Source: a virus
Lineage: Duplodnaviria; Caudoviricetes
Length of the DNA stretch: 26,437 bases
IMG/VR virus record: IMGVR_UViG_3300042887_000392
Coordinates: 1 to 26,437 of that record
Direction: 5' to 3' (one strand)
Below, piece after piece: positions 7,861-17,569 of the stretch. The translations under genes were made by a program, and so were the position numbers. A model generated the notes under the pieces. That model ran no database searches. It saw only the letters and a list, made by a program, of their open reading frames with translations, and was not told the DNA's origin. Within the stretch, counting starts at the first letter, position 1. Every line of letters starts with the position of its first letter.

Positions 7861-8535
7861 ATGACAGAGAAGAGAGATATAAAAGAGCTTATACAACAAG
7901 AAGAAACACACCTTAATAATCTACTTGAACCAAATGATTTAAAATCATTTAAGGGAATGGTGGATGAACTTCGAGATACTTGGACTAAAAAACAAATATT
8001 TAGAACTGAAACAGAAGCTAGAATTTCAGTATTACAAGATAATCGTTATCCAAATAATGCTTCTAAATACTGGCAATGTGTTAGAGAACAAAGTGTATTT
8101 CTTGAAAATTTAATGTCCTTATCTTTTGATTACAGACGTAATGAAGCTAAAATTAAATGGCTTACTAAAAAAGTAGAAACTGAAACAGATGAATATAAAT
8201 TAGAAAATTATAAAATAGATTTAGATGAAAAGATTTATTCTAAAGCTAATATGGAAGCCGTTGCAAAAGATAGAATGAGAGAAATTAATATGTGGTCTAA
8301 ATTAAAGTTAGAATTTAATGATGGTACATTTAATGATAAAAATGTAAATGAACATCAATTAGAAACATATCATCAAGTATATTTAAACAAAGCTAAAACA
8401 TTAACTTCAGGATCATCTCAACCAGAAGTATTTAATGTGGTGGGTCAATTAGAAACTATTGAAAGAGTTAAGAAATCAGGTGAATTAAAATACGATAAGA
8501 AAGAATCTATTACTTATGGAAAGCAAAACTCATAA
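7861..8535 (+). CDS. Conserved phage coiled-coil hypothetical protein
   Basis: 224 aa, Lys/Glu-rich helical. FRTETE.R.SVL.D..YP..ASKYWQCVREQ and KDRMREI..W motifs; no catalytic motif recognised. Confidence 0.55.
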   Translation: MTEKRDIKELIQQEETHLNNLLEPNDLKSFKGMVDELRDTWTKKQIFRTETEARISVLQDNRYPNNASKYWQCVREQSVFLENLMSLSFDYRRNEAKIKWLTKKVETETDEYKLENYKIDLDEKIYSKANMEAVAKDRMREINMWSKLKLEFNDGTFNDKNVNEHQLETYHQVYLNKAKTLTSGSSQPEVFNVVGQLETIERVKKSGELKYDKKESITYGKQNS

Positions 8536-9307
8536 GAAGATCTTCTTCTTATTAGCTCTTCCAAGATCAGGTAACACTTTATTTGGTTCAATCATGAATC
8601 AAAATCCAGATATCGCAGTAACTGCTAATTCTATTACATTAGAAATAATGAAAGATGTATTTCTACTTAAACAAACTGATGTGTTTCAAAATTACCCAGA
8701 TCATAAATCATTAGATAACGTATTGTCTTCCGTCTACAACACTTATTATAAAGATTGGAATTATAAGTATATCATTGATCGTGGTCCTGTAATGACACCA
8801 GGTAATTTAATGTTAATGAAACAACATTTAGGTCAACCTATAAAGTGCATAGTTATTTGGAGAGATCTATTAGATGTTCTTGCATCATATATTAAATGGT
8901 TTGAAACAGAACCTTCTGCATTTCCTAATAAATATGGCAAGAAAACAATAGAGGAAAAACTTTGGATGCTGATGAATGTAGATGGTGCAATTGCTAAAGA
9001 TTTAATAGCAATACAAAATGCATTAAAACCAGAACATAAATATATGTGTCATTTTCTTAAATATGATGAATTAGTAAATGATACGGAAAATCAAATTAAC
9101 AAGATATATGACTTTTTAGAAATACCTAGATTTAATCATAACTTAAAATCCTTGAATCAATTTAAAGTTAATGGTATAGGTTATGACGATAAAGTGGTTG
9201 GAAATAGAATGCATACTATTAGAGAAGAGATTAGAAAGGAATCAAATCCTTACCGAGCAATGATACCTGAAAGTATTATTAAAGCGTATGGACATATTGT
9301 ATTATGA
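8516..9307 (+). CDS. PAPS-dependent sulfotransferase family protein
   Basis: 263 aa. 5'-PSB loop LPRSGNTL...NQNP, 3'-PB RD..D.LAS, and KYDELV......KIYDFL motif. Confidence 0.85.
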   Translation: MESKTHKKIFFLLALPRSGNTLFGSIMNQNPDIAVTANSITLEIMKDVFLLKQTDVFQNYPDHKSLDNVLSSVYNTYYKDWNYKYIIDRGPVMTPGNLMLMKQHLGQPIKCIVIWRDLLDVLASYIKWFETEPSAFPNKYGKKTIEEKLWMLMNVDGAIAKDLIAIQNALKPEHKYMCHFLKYDELVNDTENQINKIYDFLEIPRFNHNLKSLNQFKVNGIGYDDKVVGNRMHTIREEIRKESNPYRAMIPESIIKAYGHIVL

Positions 9308-9693
9308 AAATTTTAATATTTGGATTACCAGGATCTGGCAAATCTACATTTGCAAAGAAACTAGTTGAGAATAAAAAAATACCTCACTTTAATGCTGATG
9401 AGATTAGAAAGTTATTTGAAGATTGGGATTTTACAGAAGATGGTCGTAAACGACAAGCTAATCGTATGATGACTATGTGTGATCTTGCAGTTAATCATGT
9501 TGTTGTAGACTTTGTTTGTCCATTTGAATCTTATAGATCTTTTTATGATATGAAGATTTGGATGAACACCATTAATAAAGGAAGATTTGAAGATACGAAT
9601 AAAGTTTTTGAAAAACCTAAAAAAGTAGATTTTGAAATAACTGATTTTAATTACGATAACATAATAAAGGAGATACATGATAGACTACTCTAA
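9304..9693 (+). CDS. Adenylylsulfate (APS) kinase-like P-loop kinase, short form
   Basis: 129 aa. GLPGSGKS Walker A, NADEIR....DWDF...GR..Q..R, DFVCP....R and FEKP match CysC-like kinases, but the protein is shorter than cellular CysC. Confidence 0.75.
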   Translation: MKILIFGLPGSGKSTFAKKLVENKKIPHFNADEIRKLFEDWDFTEDGRKRQANRMMTMCDLAVNHVVVDFVCPFESYRSFYDMKIWMNTINKGRFEDTNKVFEKPKKVDFEITDFNYDNIIKEIHDRLL

Positions 9694-10024
9694 ACCCACA
9701 GCACAGATGCTTGGACGTTGGCAGCCATTCCATGATGGACATTTAGCTTTATTTAAAGAGATATTAAAGAAGACTGGTCAAGTTTGTATAATGGTTAGAG
9801 ATCAAGTTCCTACAAAAGATAATCCATTTAAATTTGATGAAATAAAACAACGTATAGAAGAAAAACTTAAAGACTATATTGGTAAATTTGAAGTTGTAAA
9901 AGTTCCTAATATTACCAATATATGTTATGGTAGAGGTGTTGGTTACAAGATTGAAGAGATTGTATTGCCAAAAGAAATACAAGAAATATCGGCTACTAAA
10001 ATTAGAAAAGAGATGGGACTATGA
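9677..10024 (+). CDS. HxGH nucleotidyltransferase (cytidyltransferase-like), possible minimal ATP sulfurylase
   Basis: 115 aa, AAGGAG at 9667-9672. GRWQPFHDGH and C-terminal ISATKIR motifs. Confidence 0.75.
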   Translation: MIDYSKPTAQMLGRWQPFHDGHLALFKEILKKTGQVCIMVRDQVPTKDNPFKFDEIKQRIEEKLKDYIGKFEVVKVPNITNICYGRGVGYKIEEIVLPKEIQEISATKIRKEMGL

Positions 10025-10671
10025 ACTTTAATTTTACATTTCTAGGACAATCTATCCTACGATATGAAACTCCTTTAGATATATTTCATGCAGTTAATCA
10101 ATCATATGAACAAAAATTTAATACATTAGAACCAGCAAATAAACAATTAGTTGGAAAGATTAAAGATGAACATTCTTTATTTTATGATGGAGAAGATGAA
10201 TCTAAAATGAAAAGACATAATATGTTACCTAAAAATGTTTTAGATTGGTTTATGGAAATGTTTCATCATTATTTAGAATTTAATCATATTAGACAATATG
10301 AAACACATTTAAATTCAATCTGGGTTAATGAAATGAAAGCACATGAATATAATCCTGTACACGTGCACCAGGGCAATTTGTTTACTGGTCTATCTTCAGT
10401 TATGATTTTAAAGTTACCAAATACTTATGGTGTAGAGTATTCTGCAGAACAAGCTCCACAAAATGGTAAACTACAAATATTAGGTGCAAGCAATGGTCAA
10501 TTTGCTAAAGTTGATTATGAACCACCAATGAAGTTAAGAGACTTTTATATATTTCCTTATGATATGAGACATTGTGTATATCCATTTAATGGAACAAATG
10601 ACACTAGACGAACATTAGCAGCTAACTGCGATGTATTATATAACCCAATCATCAATAGAGGAGCACAATGA
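10021..10671 (+). CDS. 2OG-Fe(II) oxygenase superfamily protein (HxH type)
   Basis: 216 aa. WVN......YNPVHVH...LSSV, FP....HCVYPF, RRTLAAN. Confidence 0.8.
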   Translation: MNFNFTFLGQSILRYETPLDIFHAVNQSYEQKFNTLEPANKQLVGKIKDEHSLFYDGEDESKMKRHNMLPKNVLDWFMEMFHHYLEFNHIRQYETHLNSIWVNEMKAHEYNPVHVHQGNLFTGLSSVMILKLPNTYGVEYSAEQAPQNGKLQILGASNGQFAKVDYEPPMKLRDFYIFPYDMRHCVYPFNGTNDTRRTLAANCDVLYNPIINRGAQ

Positions 10672-11243
10672 TAACAGAACCACGTTGGAAGTCGTTGATT
10701 GTTGAAACAACTAGTCCAATATTTACACCAGAACAATGTCAGTTAATTATAAATGCAGGTAGATCTGAACCCGTTGAAAATGGTCAAGTAGGTGGAGGAC
10801 AAGGTGGTACAGTAGATACAAAGGTTAGAACTTCACACATTAGTTGGATACCTTTTAATAAAATGCCTGAAATGTATAAAACATTAGAAACTATTATGAG
10901 AAAAACAAATGGTAATCATTTTGGTTTTGAAGGAATGCAAATAACCGAGCCCGCACAGTACACAGAATATCCTGCAGGTGGATTTTATGATTGGCATATA
11001 GATTCAGATGTTAATTGTGTAAATGAACCTCCTGTGCGAAAAATATCTATGACCTGTCTATTATCACATGAATCAGAATTTGAAGGTGGTGGACTTGAAC
11101 TTATGTCAGATGGAAAGATTGCAAGACCTAAACAAGGACAAGCTATATTCTTTGCATCATACATTAGACACCGTGTAATACCTATTACAAAAGGAGTTAG
11201 AAAATCACTTGTGATGTGGTTTGGGGGTCCATCTTTTAAATGA
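10668..11243 (+). CDS. 2OG-Fe(II) oxygenase, prolyl 4-hydroxylase/PKHD-like
   Basis: 191 aa. YDWHID, RKIS, FEGG.L, HRV.P.TKG.RKSLV.W..GP. Confidence 0.88.
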   Translation: MITEPRWKSLIVETTSPIFTPEQCQLIINAGRSEPVENGQVGGGQGGTVDTKVRTSHISWIPFNKMPEMYKTLETIMRKTNGNHFGFEGMQITEPAQYTEYPAGGFYDWHIDSDVNCVNEPPVRKISMTCLLSHESEFEGGGLELMSDGKIARPKQGQAIFFASYIRHRVIPITKGVRKSLVMWFGGPSFK

Positions 11244-11830
11244 ATAGAGAATTATTTTTTGCAACACCTGTTTATGTTAAGGACGTTGGATCTGAAGAAT
11301 TTAACAATAGATTAAAACAAAATATTATTAACTGGTCGAATAAAGATAAAGGTATTCAAAGAACTAATACAAATGGATGGCATTCAACTGATGATATGCA
11401 TACTAAACCTGAATACAAAGAATTAGTTGATTTATTATTTGAAGCACAAAAACATATTTACAAAGAAGAACTATTAGACAATGAACCATTTTTAGGTAGT
11501 ATGTGGGCAAACATCAATCCACCACACGGATATAATAAAGCTCATACTCATCCAAATTGTTTATGGTCTGGAGTTTATTATGTAAAGACTCCAAAAAATT
11601 GTGGACACTTAACAATAATGGACCCTAAATCAGTTGCAGCAATGACGTATCCAAGAAGAAAAGAAGGAGAACTTCCATCTTATTTATGGAGAGATGTTCA
11701 TTTTGAACCAGTTGCTGGACGACTTATAATGTTTCCAGCATGGCTTAATCATTGTGTTGATCCTAATAAATCTAATGATATAAGAATATCAGTATCTTTT
11801 AATTTTTTACAGAGAGGAATGTTTGTATGA
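11240..11830 (+). CDS. 2OG-Fe(II) oxygenase, TIGR02466-like (HxH type)
   Basis: 196 aa. LFFATP start, WANIN....YN..HTHPN...SGVYY, FPAWL.H.V..N....RISVSFN. Confidence 0.85.
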   Translation: MNRELFFATPVYVKDVGSEEFNNRLKQNIINWSNKDKGIQRTNTNGWHSTDDMHTKPEYKELVDLLFEAQKHIYKEELLDNEPFLGSMWANINPPHGYNKAHTHPNCLWSGVYYVKTPKNCGHLTIMDPKSVAAMTYPRRKEGELPSYLWRDVHFEPVAGRLIMFPAWLNHCVDPNKSNDIRISVSFNFLQRGMFV

Positions 11831-12483
11831 GTTTTGCACAAAATAAATATCAAGTAATCAAAAAAGCAGTTTCATATGAACTTGCTAACTTTGTATTTAA
11901 TTATTTTTTACTTAAAAGAGATGCAGTTAATTATTTATACTCAAATAATCTAGTAGCTGAAAATGGTATGTTTGGTACTTGGAAAGATGCACAGGTTCCA
12001 AATGTTTATTCTCATTATGCAGATTTTGTTATGGAAACATTACTTATGAAAGTAATGCCTATAATGAAAAAAGAAACTAATTTAGATTTAATACCTACTT
12101 ATTCTTATGCAAGAATTTATGAAAAAGGATCTATCTTAAAAAGACATAAAGATAGACCATCTTGTGAGATATCTACAACATTAAATTTAGGCGGAGATTC
12201 TTGGCCAATATTTATTGATCCAACAGGATCTAATAACGTAATAGATGAATATAAAAACATAATGAAACCTAATGCTCCAGCAGGTATAGAAGTTAATTTA
12301 GAACCAGGAGATATGTTAGTTTATTCTGGATGTGAATTAGAACATTGGAGAGAAGAATTTAAAGGAAATGTTTGTGGTCAAGTTTTCTTGCATTATAACC
12401 ATATAAATGGACAGTTTGCACAATCCAATTTATATGATAAAAGACCTCTATTAGGATTACCATCATTCACTAAAGTAGTGTAA
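11827..12483 (+). CDS. 2OG-Fe(II) oxygenase-like protein (phage HxDRPSCE family)
   Basis: 218 aa. PTYSYARIY..G..L.RHKDRPSCEIS.T, GD...Y.GC..EHWRE, QVFLHY. Confidence 0.75.
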   Translation: MSFAQNKYQVIKKAVSYELANFVFNYFLLKRDAVNYLYSNNLVAENGMFGTWKDAQVPNVYSHYADFVMETLLMKVMPIMKKETNLDLIPTYSYARIYEKGSILKRHKDRPSCEISTTLNLGGDSWPIFIDPTGSNNVIDEYKNIMKPNAPAGIEVNLEPGDMLVYSGCELEHWREEFKGNVCGQVFLHYNHINGQFAQSNLYDKRPLLGLPSFTKVV

Positions 12484-12506
12484 ATCAACAGATTTGGTGG
12501 TATAGA
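12478..12506 (+). promoter_or_regulatory. Putative extended -10 promoter, likely leaderless
   Basis: GTGTAA (12478-12483, includes the upstream stop), 17 bp ending TGG, TATAGA (12501-12506). ATG 12515 follows after 8 nt with no SD. Confidence 0.4.
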
Positions 12507-12514
12507 GATTTCTT

Positions 12515-14692
12515 ATGCCATTACAAAAAATACAGTTTAAACCTGGTTTTAATAAACAACAAACAGCAACCGGAGCCGAAGGGCAATGGATTGAAGGTGA
12601 TAATATAAGATTTCGTTACGGAGAGCCTCAAAAAATAGGTGGTTGGCAGCAATTAAATGCAAGTACCTTAGCAGGACCCGTTAGAGAACAATTAACTTGG
12701 ACTGCATTAGATGGTAAAAAATATGCAGCTTTAGGTACTTCTAAAATATTAGCAATTTTTTATGAAGGATCTTTTTATGATATTACACCACTTCAAAATG
12801 CTGTAACTGGATGTACTTATACATCAACTACAGGATCAAGTACTGTTACTATTACAAAATCAGCGCATGGATTACAAATAGGAGACTATTTGATATTTTC
12901 TGCAGCAACAACTCCAGGATTACCTACAACAAGTTATAACTCAGCAAGTTTTACAACTAATGCATTTGAAGTAAAAACAACTCCAACTGCAGATACATTT
13001 ACTCTTACTATGCCAACATCTGAAACAGGAACAGGTGTTACTGCCGGTGGAACTTTAACTTTTCAAGCATATGAAACAATTGGTCCTGCTACACAAACTC
13101 CAGCATATGGATTTGGAACTGGAGCATTTGGAGGAGTTGTTATTCCTAGTGTAACAAATCAATTAAATGGAGCAATCGATGCAATAGTTACAACTATTAC
13201 AGTCGATTCAACAGGAGGTTTTCCAAATTCAGGTACGATTGATATTGATAGTGAATTAATTACTTATACTGGTAAAACTGGAACTACTTTTACAGGTTGT
13301 GTTAGAGGAGCTGAAGGATCAACTGCAGCATCTCATTTAGATAATGCAATTGTAACTAATGCAACATACTGGCAAGGTTGGGGAGAAGAATCTTCTGTAA
13401 CAAGCGTTACACTCGCTCCTGGCTCCTGGTCACTCGATAACTATGGACAGATTCTAGTTGCAACCATTAAGAATGGTAAAACATTTACTTGGGATCCATC
13501 TAATGCATTAAGATTACAAACACGTGCTACCGTTGTTGCAAACGCTCCAACAGCTTCTATTATGACTTTAGTTTCAGATAGAGATAGACATTTATTTGCA
13601 CTTGGAACTGAATCTACGATTGGAGATCCATCAACACAAGATCCAATGTTTATAAGATTCTCAAATCAAGAAGATATTAATACTTGGAATCCAACAGTTA
13701 CAAATACAGCAGGTACATTTAGACTAGATACGGGCAACGAGATTATAGGAGCTGTGCAAGGTAAAGATTATATATTAGTTCTTACAGATCAAGCAGCTTA
13801 TACAATTCAATACGTAGGTCCTCCATTTACATTCTCAATTAGACAGGTAGGTACAAACTGTGGATGTATTGGTCAGCATGCATTAGTTTATGCACAAGGT
13901 GCTGTATTTTGGATTGGATTCGGTGGAGGATTCTTTGCATTTGATGGAACTGTTAAACAAATACCTTCTCTTGTTGAAGACTTTGTATTTACAACAACTG
14001 GAGATAATTTAGGTATTAACTATGATACAAGTCAAATAACTTATGGATATCATAACTCTTTATATAATGAAGTAGGTTGGAATTATGCAAAAGCAGGATC
14101 TAATCAAGTAGATAGAAATGTTGTTTATAACTTTGTTGAAAATACTTGGTCAGTTGGAACTTTAGCAAGAACTACTTATAAAGATGCAGGCACATTTAGT
14201 TTACCTTATGCAACACAATACAATGCAACTGGAACACCAACATTTCCAACTATTAATGGTGTAACAAATACTTATGGATCATCTAAATATTGGATACAAG
14301 AAACTGGTGTTAATGAAGTAGATGCAAGTGGAAACGTTACTGCAATAGCTTCTTATGTTAAATCTGGAGATTATGATTTATCAGAACAAGGTTTAGCTGG
14401 AGATGGTCAATTGATTATGCGTGTCAAAAGATTTATTCCAGACTTTAAGAGCTTAGAAGGTAATGCAAAAATAACTTTATTCTTTAGAGATTATCCAGCA
14501 AATAGTGAATCAACTCCTTCTACAACTCCACCAACAATTACTGGACCATTTACAATTACATCTTCAACAACTAAAGTAGATACTCGTGTTAGAGGAAGAC
14601 AAGTGAGTTTAAAAATTGAAAATGATGCGGTTGATGAAACTTGGAGATATGGAACTTTGAGATTAGATATTGAAGCAGGTGGAAGAAGATAA
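12515..14692 (+). CDS. Tail hub / packaged-DNA stabilization protein (P22 gp10-like, tail tubular B position)
   Basis: 725 aa, beta-rich. FKPGFNK, NIRFR.G.P.KIGGW, IRFS.QED...W.PT.TNTAG, GPPFTF...Q....CG, R.RGRQ, WR.G..RLD...GRR. Two inserted beta domains in the N-terminal third. Confidence 0.8.
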   Translation: MPLQKIQFKPGFNKQQTATGAEGQWIEGDNIRFRYGEPQKIGGWQQLNASTLAGPVREQLTWTALDGKKYAALGTSKILAIFYEGSFYDITPLQNAVTGCTYTSTTGSSTVTITKSAHGLQIGDYLIFSAATTPGLPTTSYNSASFTTNAFEVKTTPTADTFTLTMPTSETGTGVTAGGTLTFQAYETIGPATQTPAYGFGTGAFGGVVIPSVTNQLNGAIDAIVTTITVDSTGGFPNSGTIDIDSELITYTGKTGTTFTGCVRGAEGSTAASHLDNAIVTNATYWQGWGEESSVTSVTLAPGSWSLDNYGQILVATIKNGKTFTWDPSNALRLQTRATVVANAPTASIMTLVSDRDRHLFALGTESTIGDPSTQDPMFIRFSNQEDINTWNPTVTNTAGTFRLDTGNEIIGAVQGKDYILVLTDQAAYTIQYVGPPFTFSIRQVGTNCGCIGQHALVYAQGAVFWIGFGGGFFAFDGTVKQIPSLVEDFVFTTTGDNLGINYDTSQITYGYHNSLYNEVGWNYAKAGSNQVDRNVVYNFVENTWSVGTLARTTYKDAGTFSLPYATQYNATGTPTFPTINGVTNTYGSSKYWIQETGVNEVDASGNVTAIASYVKSGDYDLSEQGLAGDGQLIMRVKRFIPDFKSLEGNAKITLFFRDYPANSESTPSTTPPTITGPFTITSSTTKVDTRVRGRQVSLKIENDAVDETWRYGTLRLDIEAGGRR

Positions 14693-16113
14693 TGGCAAAG
14701 ATAACAGCTTATATACCAGAACCAACAGATAATTATGATGTTAATAATCAAAGACAAATACTTGAATCAATTACTACAATTAAAAATCAACTTAACTTTG
14801 GATATCAACAAGACTTAATTAACGAACAAGCAGCAATGTTACAATTTATGTATGGAAATCAAAATGGATTTGGATGTGATACAGGTACTCCATCTAATCC
14901 TACAGTTATAATTCCAGGTGGAACTAGTGTTGATGCTTTTGGAAGATTTAGAGTATCTGAACCTTTTACATTATTTGATTCACAAAATAGATATGCAGAA
15001 GACGATCAATTTAGTTCATCTACAACAGGAGCAGGATCTACTGTTACATTTGCAACAAATGAATCTTCAGTAAATTTAAATGTAGGTACAGTATCAGGTG
15101 GTAAAACTGTAAGACAAACATTTAGAAGAATGCCTTATCAACCTGGTAAAAGTATGCTTATTCTTACAACATTTTGTATGAATGCAGCTAAAGCAAATCT
15201 TAGACAAAGAATTGGTTATTTTGATGATAATAATGGAATTTTTTTAGAAAAAAACGGAACATCAAATCCATCCTTTACAATTAGAACAAATACATCTGGA
15301 ACTCCTGTAAATACAAATACAGCATCTCAATCTAGTTGGAATGGAGATAAATTAGATGGAACTGGACCAAGTGGTTTAACTTTAGATTTAACTACAGTTC
15401 AAATATTTTGGACGGATTTAGAATGGTTGGGAGTGGGTAATGTTAGATGTGGATTTGTTATTAATGGACAACTTATAGTTTGTCATACATTTCAATGTGC
15501 AAACCAAACTGGGAAAACAAAAGTATATATGGAAACAGCTATACTTCCAGTTAGATACGAAATTGAAAACACAGATACAACAGCAACATCGTCTACATTA
15601 AAACAAATTTGTTCAACTGTTATTTCAGAAGGTGGTTATCAACAAACTGTTCAAGATACTATTGCAAGGAGAACTGCTATACTTGGAACAATTTCAACTA
15701 CATTTTTACCTCTTGTATCTATTAGACTTAAATCAACATCTGCAGGCGCAGTTGTATTATTGAATAGAGTAAACGTATTACCTACAACAAATCAAAGTTA
15801 TGAAATATGTATTATGAAAAATTCTACATTAACTGGAGCTTCTTGGACATCCTTATCAAGTAATATGGAATATGATGTAACTGCTACCGCAATGACAACT
15901 TCTGTTGATGGTATTTATCAAAATGATTATGTAACATCATCTGCACAAGGAAGAGCAGTATTAGCAGCGCCAACAGGATATAACTTTGCATATCAATTAG
16001 GAACATCACTTGCTGGAGTATCTGATACATTTACATTAGGAATTAGGACAGTATCTGGTGCGACTACAGGAGATGCTATAGGATCAATATCATTTTACGA
16101 TTTAACAATATAA
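14692..16113 (+). CDS. Putative tail needle/plug-like protein fused to a ~390-aa beta-rich domain
   Basis: 473 aa, TAATG-coupled to the hub gene. N-terminal ~55-aa helix, Gly/Pro linker, then a DAFGR.RVS.PFTLFD...YQPGK...EWLGVG.VR domain. Confidence 0.55.
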   Translation: MAKITAYIPEPTDNYDVNNQRQILESITTIKNQLNFGYQQDLINEQAAMLQFMYGNQNGFGCDTGTPSNPTVIIPGGTSVDAFGRFRVSEPFTLFDSQNRYAEDDQFSSSTTGAGSTVTFATNESSVNLNVGTVSGGKTVRQTFRRMPYQPGKSMLILTTFCMNAAKANLRQRIGYFDDNNGIFLEKNGTSNPSFTIRTNTSGTPVNTNTASQSSWNGDKLDGTGPSGLTLDLTTVQIFWTDLEWLGVGNVRCGFVINGQLIVCHTFQCANQTGKTKVYMETAILPVRYEIENTDTTATSSTLKQICSTVISEGGYQQTVQDTIARRTAILGTISTTFLPLVSIRLKSTSAGAVVLLNRVNVLPTTNQSYEICIMKNSTLTGASWTSLSSNMEYDVTATAMTTSVDGIYQNDYVTSSAQGRAVLAAPTGYNFAYQLGTSLAGVSDTFTLGIRTVSGATTGDAIGSISFYDLTI

Positions 16114-16114
16114 C

Positions 16115-16456
16115 ATGGCTATATTTTATAAAAATCAGGGATTTAGTTTAACAACAACAAATGCAACTACTGTACTAAGTATTAATACTTCTTCAGTTGC
16201 AATCGTTAAAGATATCGCTGTAACTAATACAGGATCAAATGCAGCTACACTAGATATGTATGTTTATGACTATTCAGCTTCTACAACATATCAATTTATA
16301 CACGCAAGTGTTGCAGGTGCATGTAATGGTAATGCGGCTCAGACAGTCTTGAATTTAGAAGAAGGAGATGCTATATTAGCACAAACAGCAACTGTTAATG
16401 TTATTAAAGGCGTTATCAGTTATGCATTATTAGATAGAATAGGAACGAATGGATAA
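16115..16456 (+). CDS. Small beta-rich virion protein
   Basis: 113 aa. VK.I.V.N and L.LE.GD.I pattern of small phage beta-sandwich proteins. Confidence 0.55.
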   Translation: MAIFYKNQGFSLTTTNATTVLSINTSSVAIVKDIAVTNTGSNAATLDMYVYDYSASTTYQFIHASVAGACNGNAAQTVLNLEEGDAILAQTATVNVIKGVISYALLDRIGTNG

Positions 16457-16637
16457 TCTACCCAAGATAGAATGTCAGACAGTAGAAATTATTAAAAGTA
16501 AGAAAACCGGAAAGACTTATAATAATATGGAAGAATTTCTAAAAGAAAATAAAATTGAAGATTTACAAAAAGATTTATCTATTACTATTACAAACAAAGG
16601 ATTAGATTTAATACAGAAAGTAATGAATCAAAAATGA
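16449..16637 (+). CDS. Hypothetical protein
   Basis: 62 aa, overlaps both neighbours. KKTGKTY motif. Confidence 0.55.
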   Translation: MDNLPKIECQTVEIIKSKKTGKTYNNMEEFLKENKIEDLQKDLSITITNKGLDLIQKVMNQK

Positions 16638-17569
16638 ATCCTAGAGGCGGAACAGAATTACAAGTAGAATTACTTGAAAAATTTGTAGATAAAAAATTAT
16701 TAGATCAAGTACAAATAACAACATCTGTACCTGAAAAAATACCATTACATCCAAATAAACCAAACATACTTTGGCAACAAAATTCATATGACCAAGGTAA
16801 TTTAGCCCCATGGTTTAAAAATAAAGACAATCATAATAAATATGATTGGTATGTATTTAATTCACATTGGTGTTATGAAAAATTTAGAATGATGTTTGAT
16901 ATACCAACATATAAATCATTAGTTATTAAAAATGGAATAGATAAGATAAAACCTAGAGATTTAAGTTATAAAAAAGGAAAACCAATTAAATTAATCTATA
17001 CATCAACTCCATGGAGAGGATTGAATGTATTACTTGCTGCAATGCAATTAGTTCAAAATCCATTGATACATTTAGATGTTTATTCTTCAACTCAAGTATA
17101 CGGTGATCAATTTAAATCAGCAAATGATGAACAATTTAAAGGTTTATATGAACAGGCTAAAGCTTTACCTAATGTAACTTACATTGGATATAAGCCAAAT
17201 GAATATATAAAAGAAAATTTAAAAAATTATCATATGTTTGTTTACCCTAATATTTGGGAAGAAACATTTTGTATATCAGCATTAGAAGCCATGGCCGCAG
17301 GACTTTATTGTATCACAACAGACTATGGTGCTTTATATGAAACTTGTGCAGAGTTTTCAGTTTATGTTCCATATGAAAAAAATTATATAAAACTTGCTCA
17401 AACATTTGCTAAAGTAATTGATGCTGCATCTGCTCAATTAAACGAACAAAATGTAAAAGATCACTTAAAATTTCAAATAGATTATACAAATAAATATTAT
17501 TCATGGGAATCAAAGGCAATGGTTTGGAATAGATTTTTAGAAGGAGTTTTAAATGCAAGACGCAAGTAA
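16634..17569 (+). CDS. Glycosyltransferase, GT-B fold (GT4-like)
   Basis: 311 aa. GGTE, YTSTPWRGL..L, YP..WEETFCISALEAMAAG (E-x7-E), GAL.E. Confidence 0.88.
   Translation: MNPRGGTELQVELLEKFVDKKLLDQVQITTSVPEKIPLHPNKPNILWQQNSYDQGNLAPWFKNKDNHNKYDWYVFNSHWCYEKFRMMFDIPTYKSLVIKNGIDKIKPRDLSYKKGKPIKLIYTSTPWRGLNVLLAAMQLVQNPLIHLDVYSSTQVYGDQFKSANDEQFKGLYEQAKALPNVTYIGYKPNEYIKENLKNYHMFVYPNIWEETFCISALEAMAAGLYCITTDYGALYETCAEFSVYVPYEKNYIKLAQTFAKVIDAASAQLNEQNVKDHLKFQIDYTNKYYSWESKAMVWNRFLEGVLNARRK

Noticed and set aside
11827-12483. Ferrochelatase label sometimes attached to this phage family
   Set aside because: The HxD...H double-stranded beta-helix pattern fits 2OG-Fe(II) oxygenases; no HemH motifs seen.
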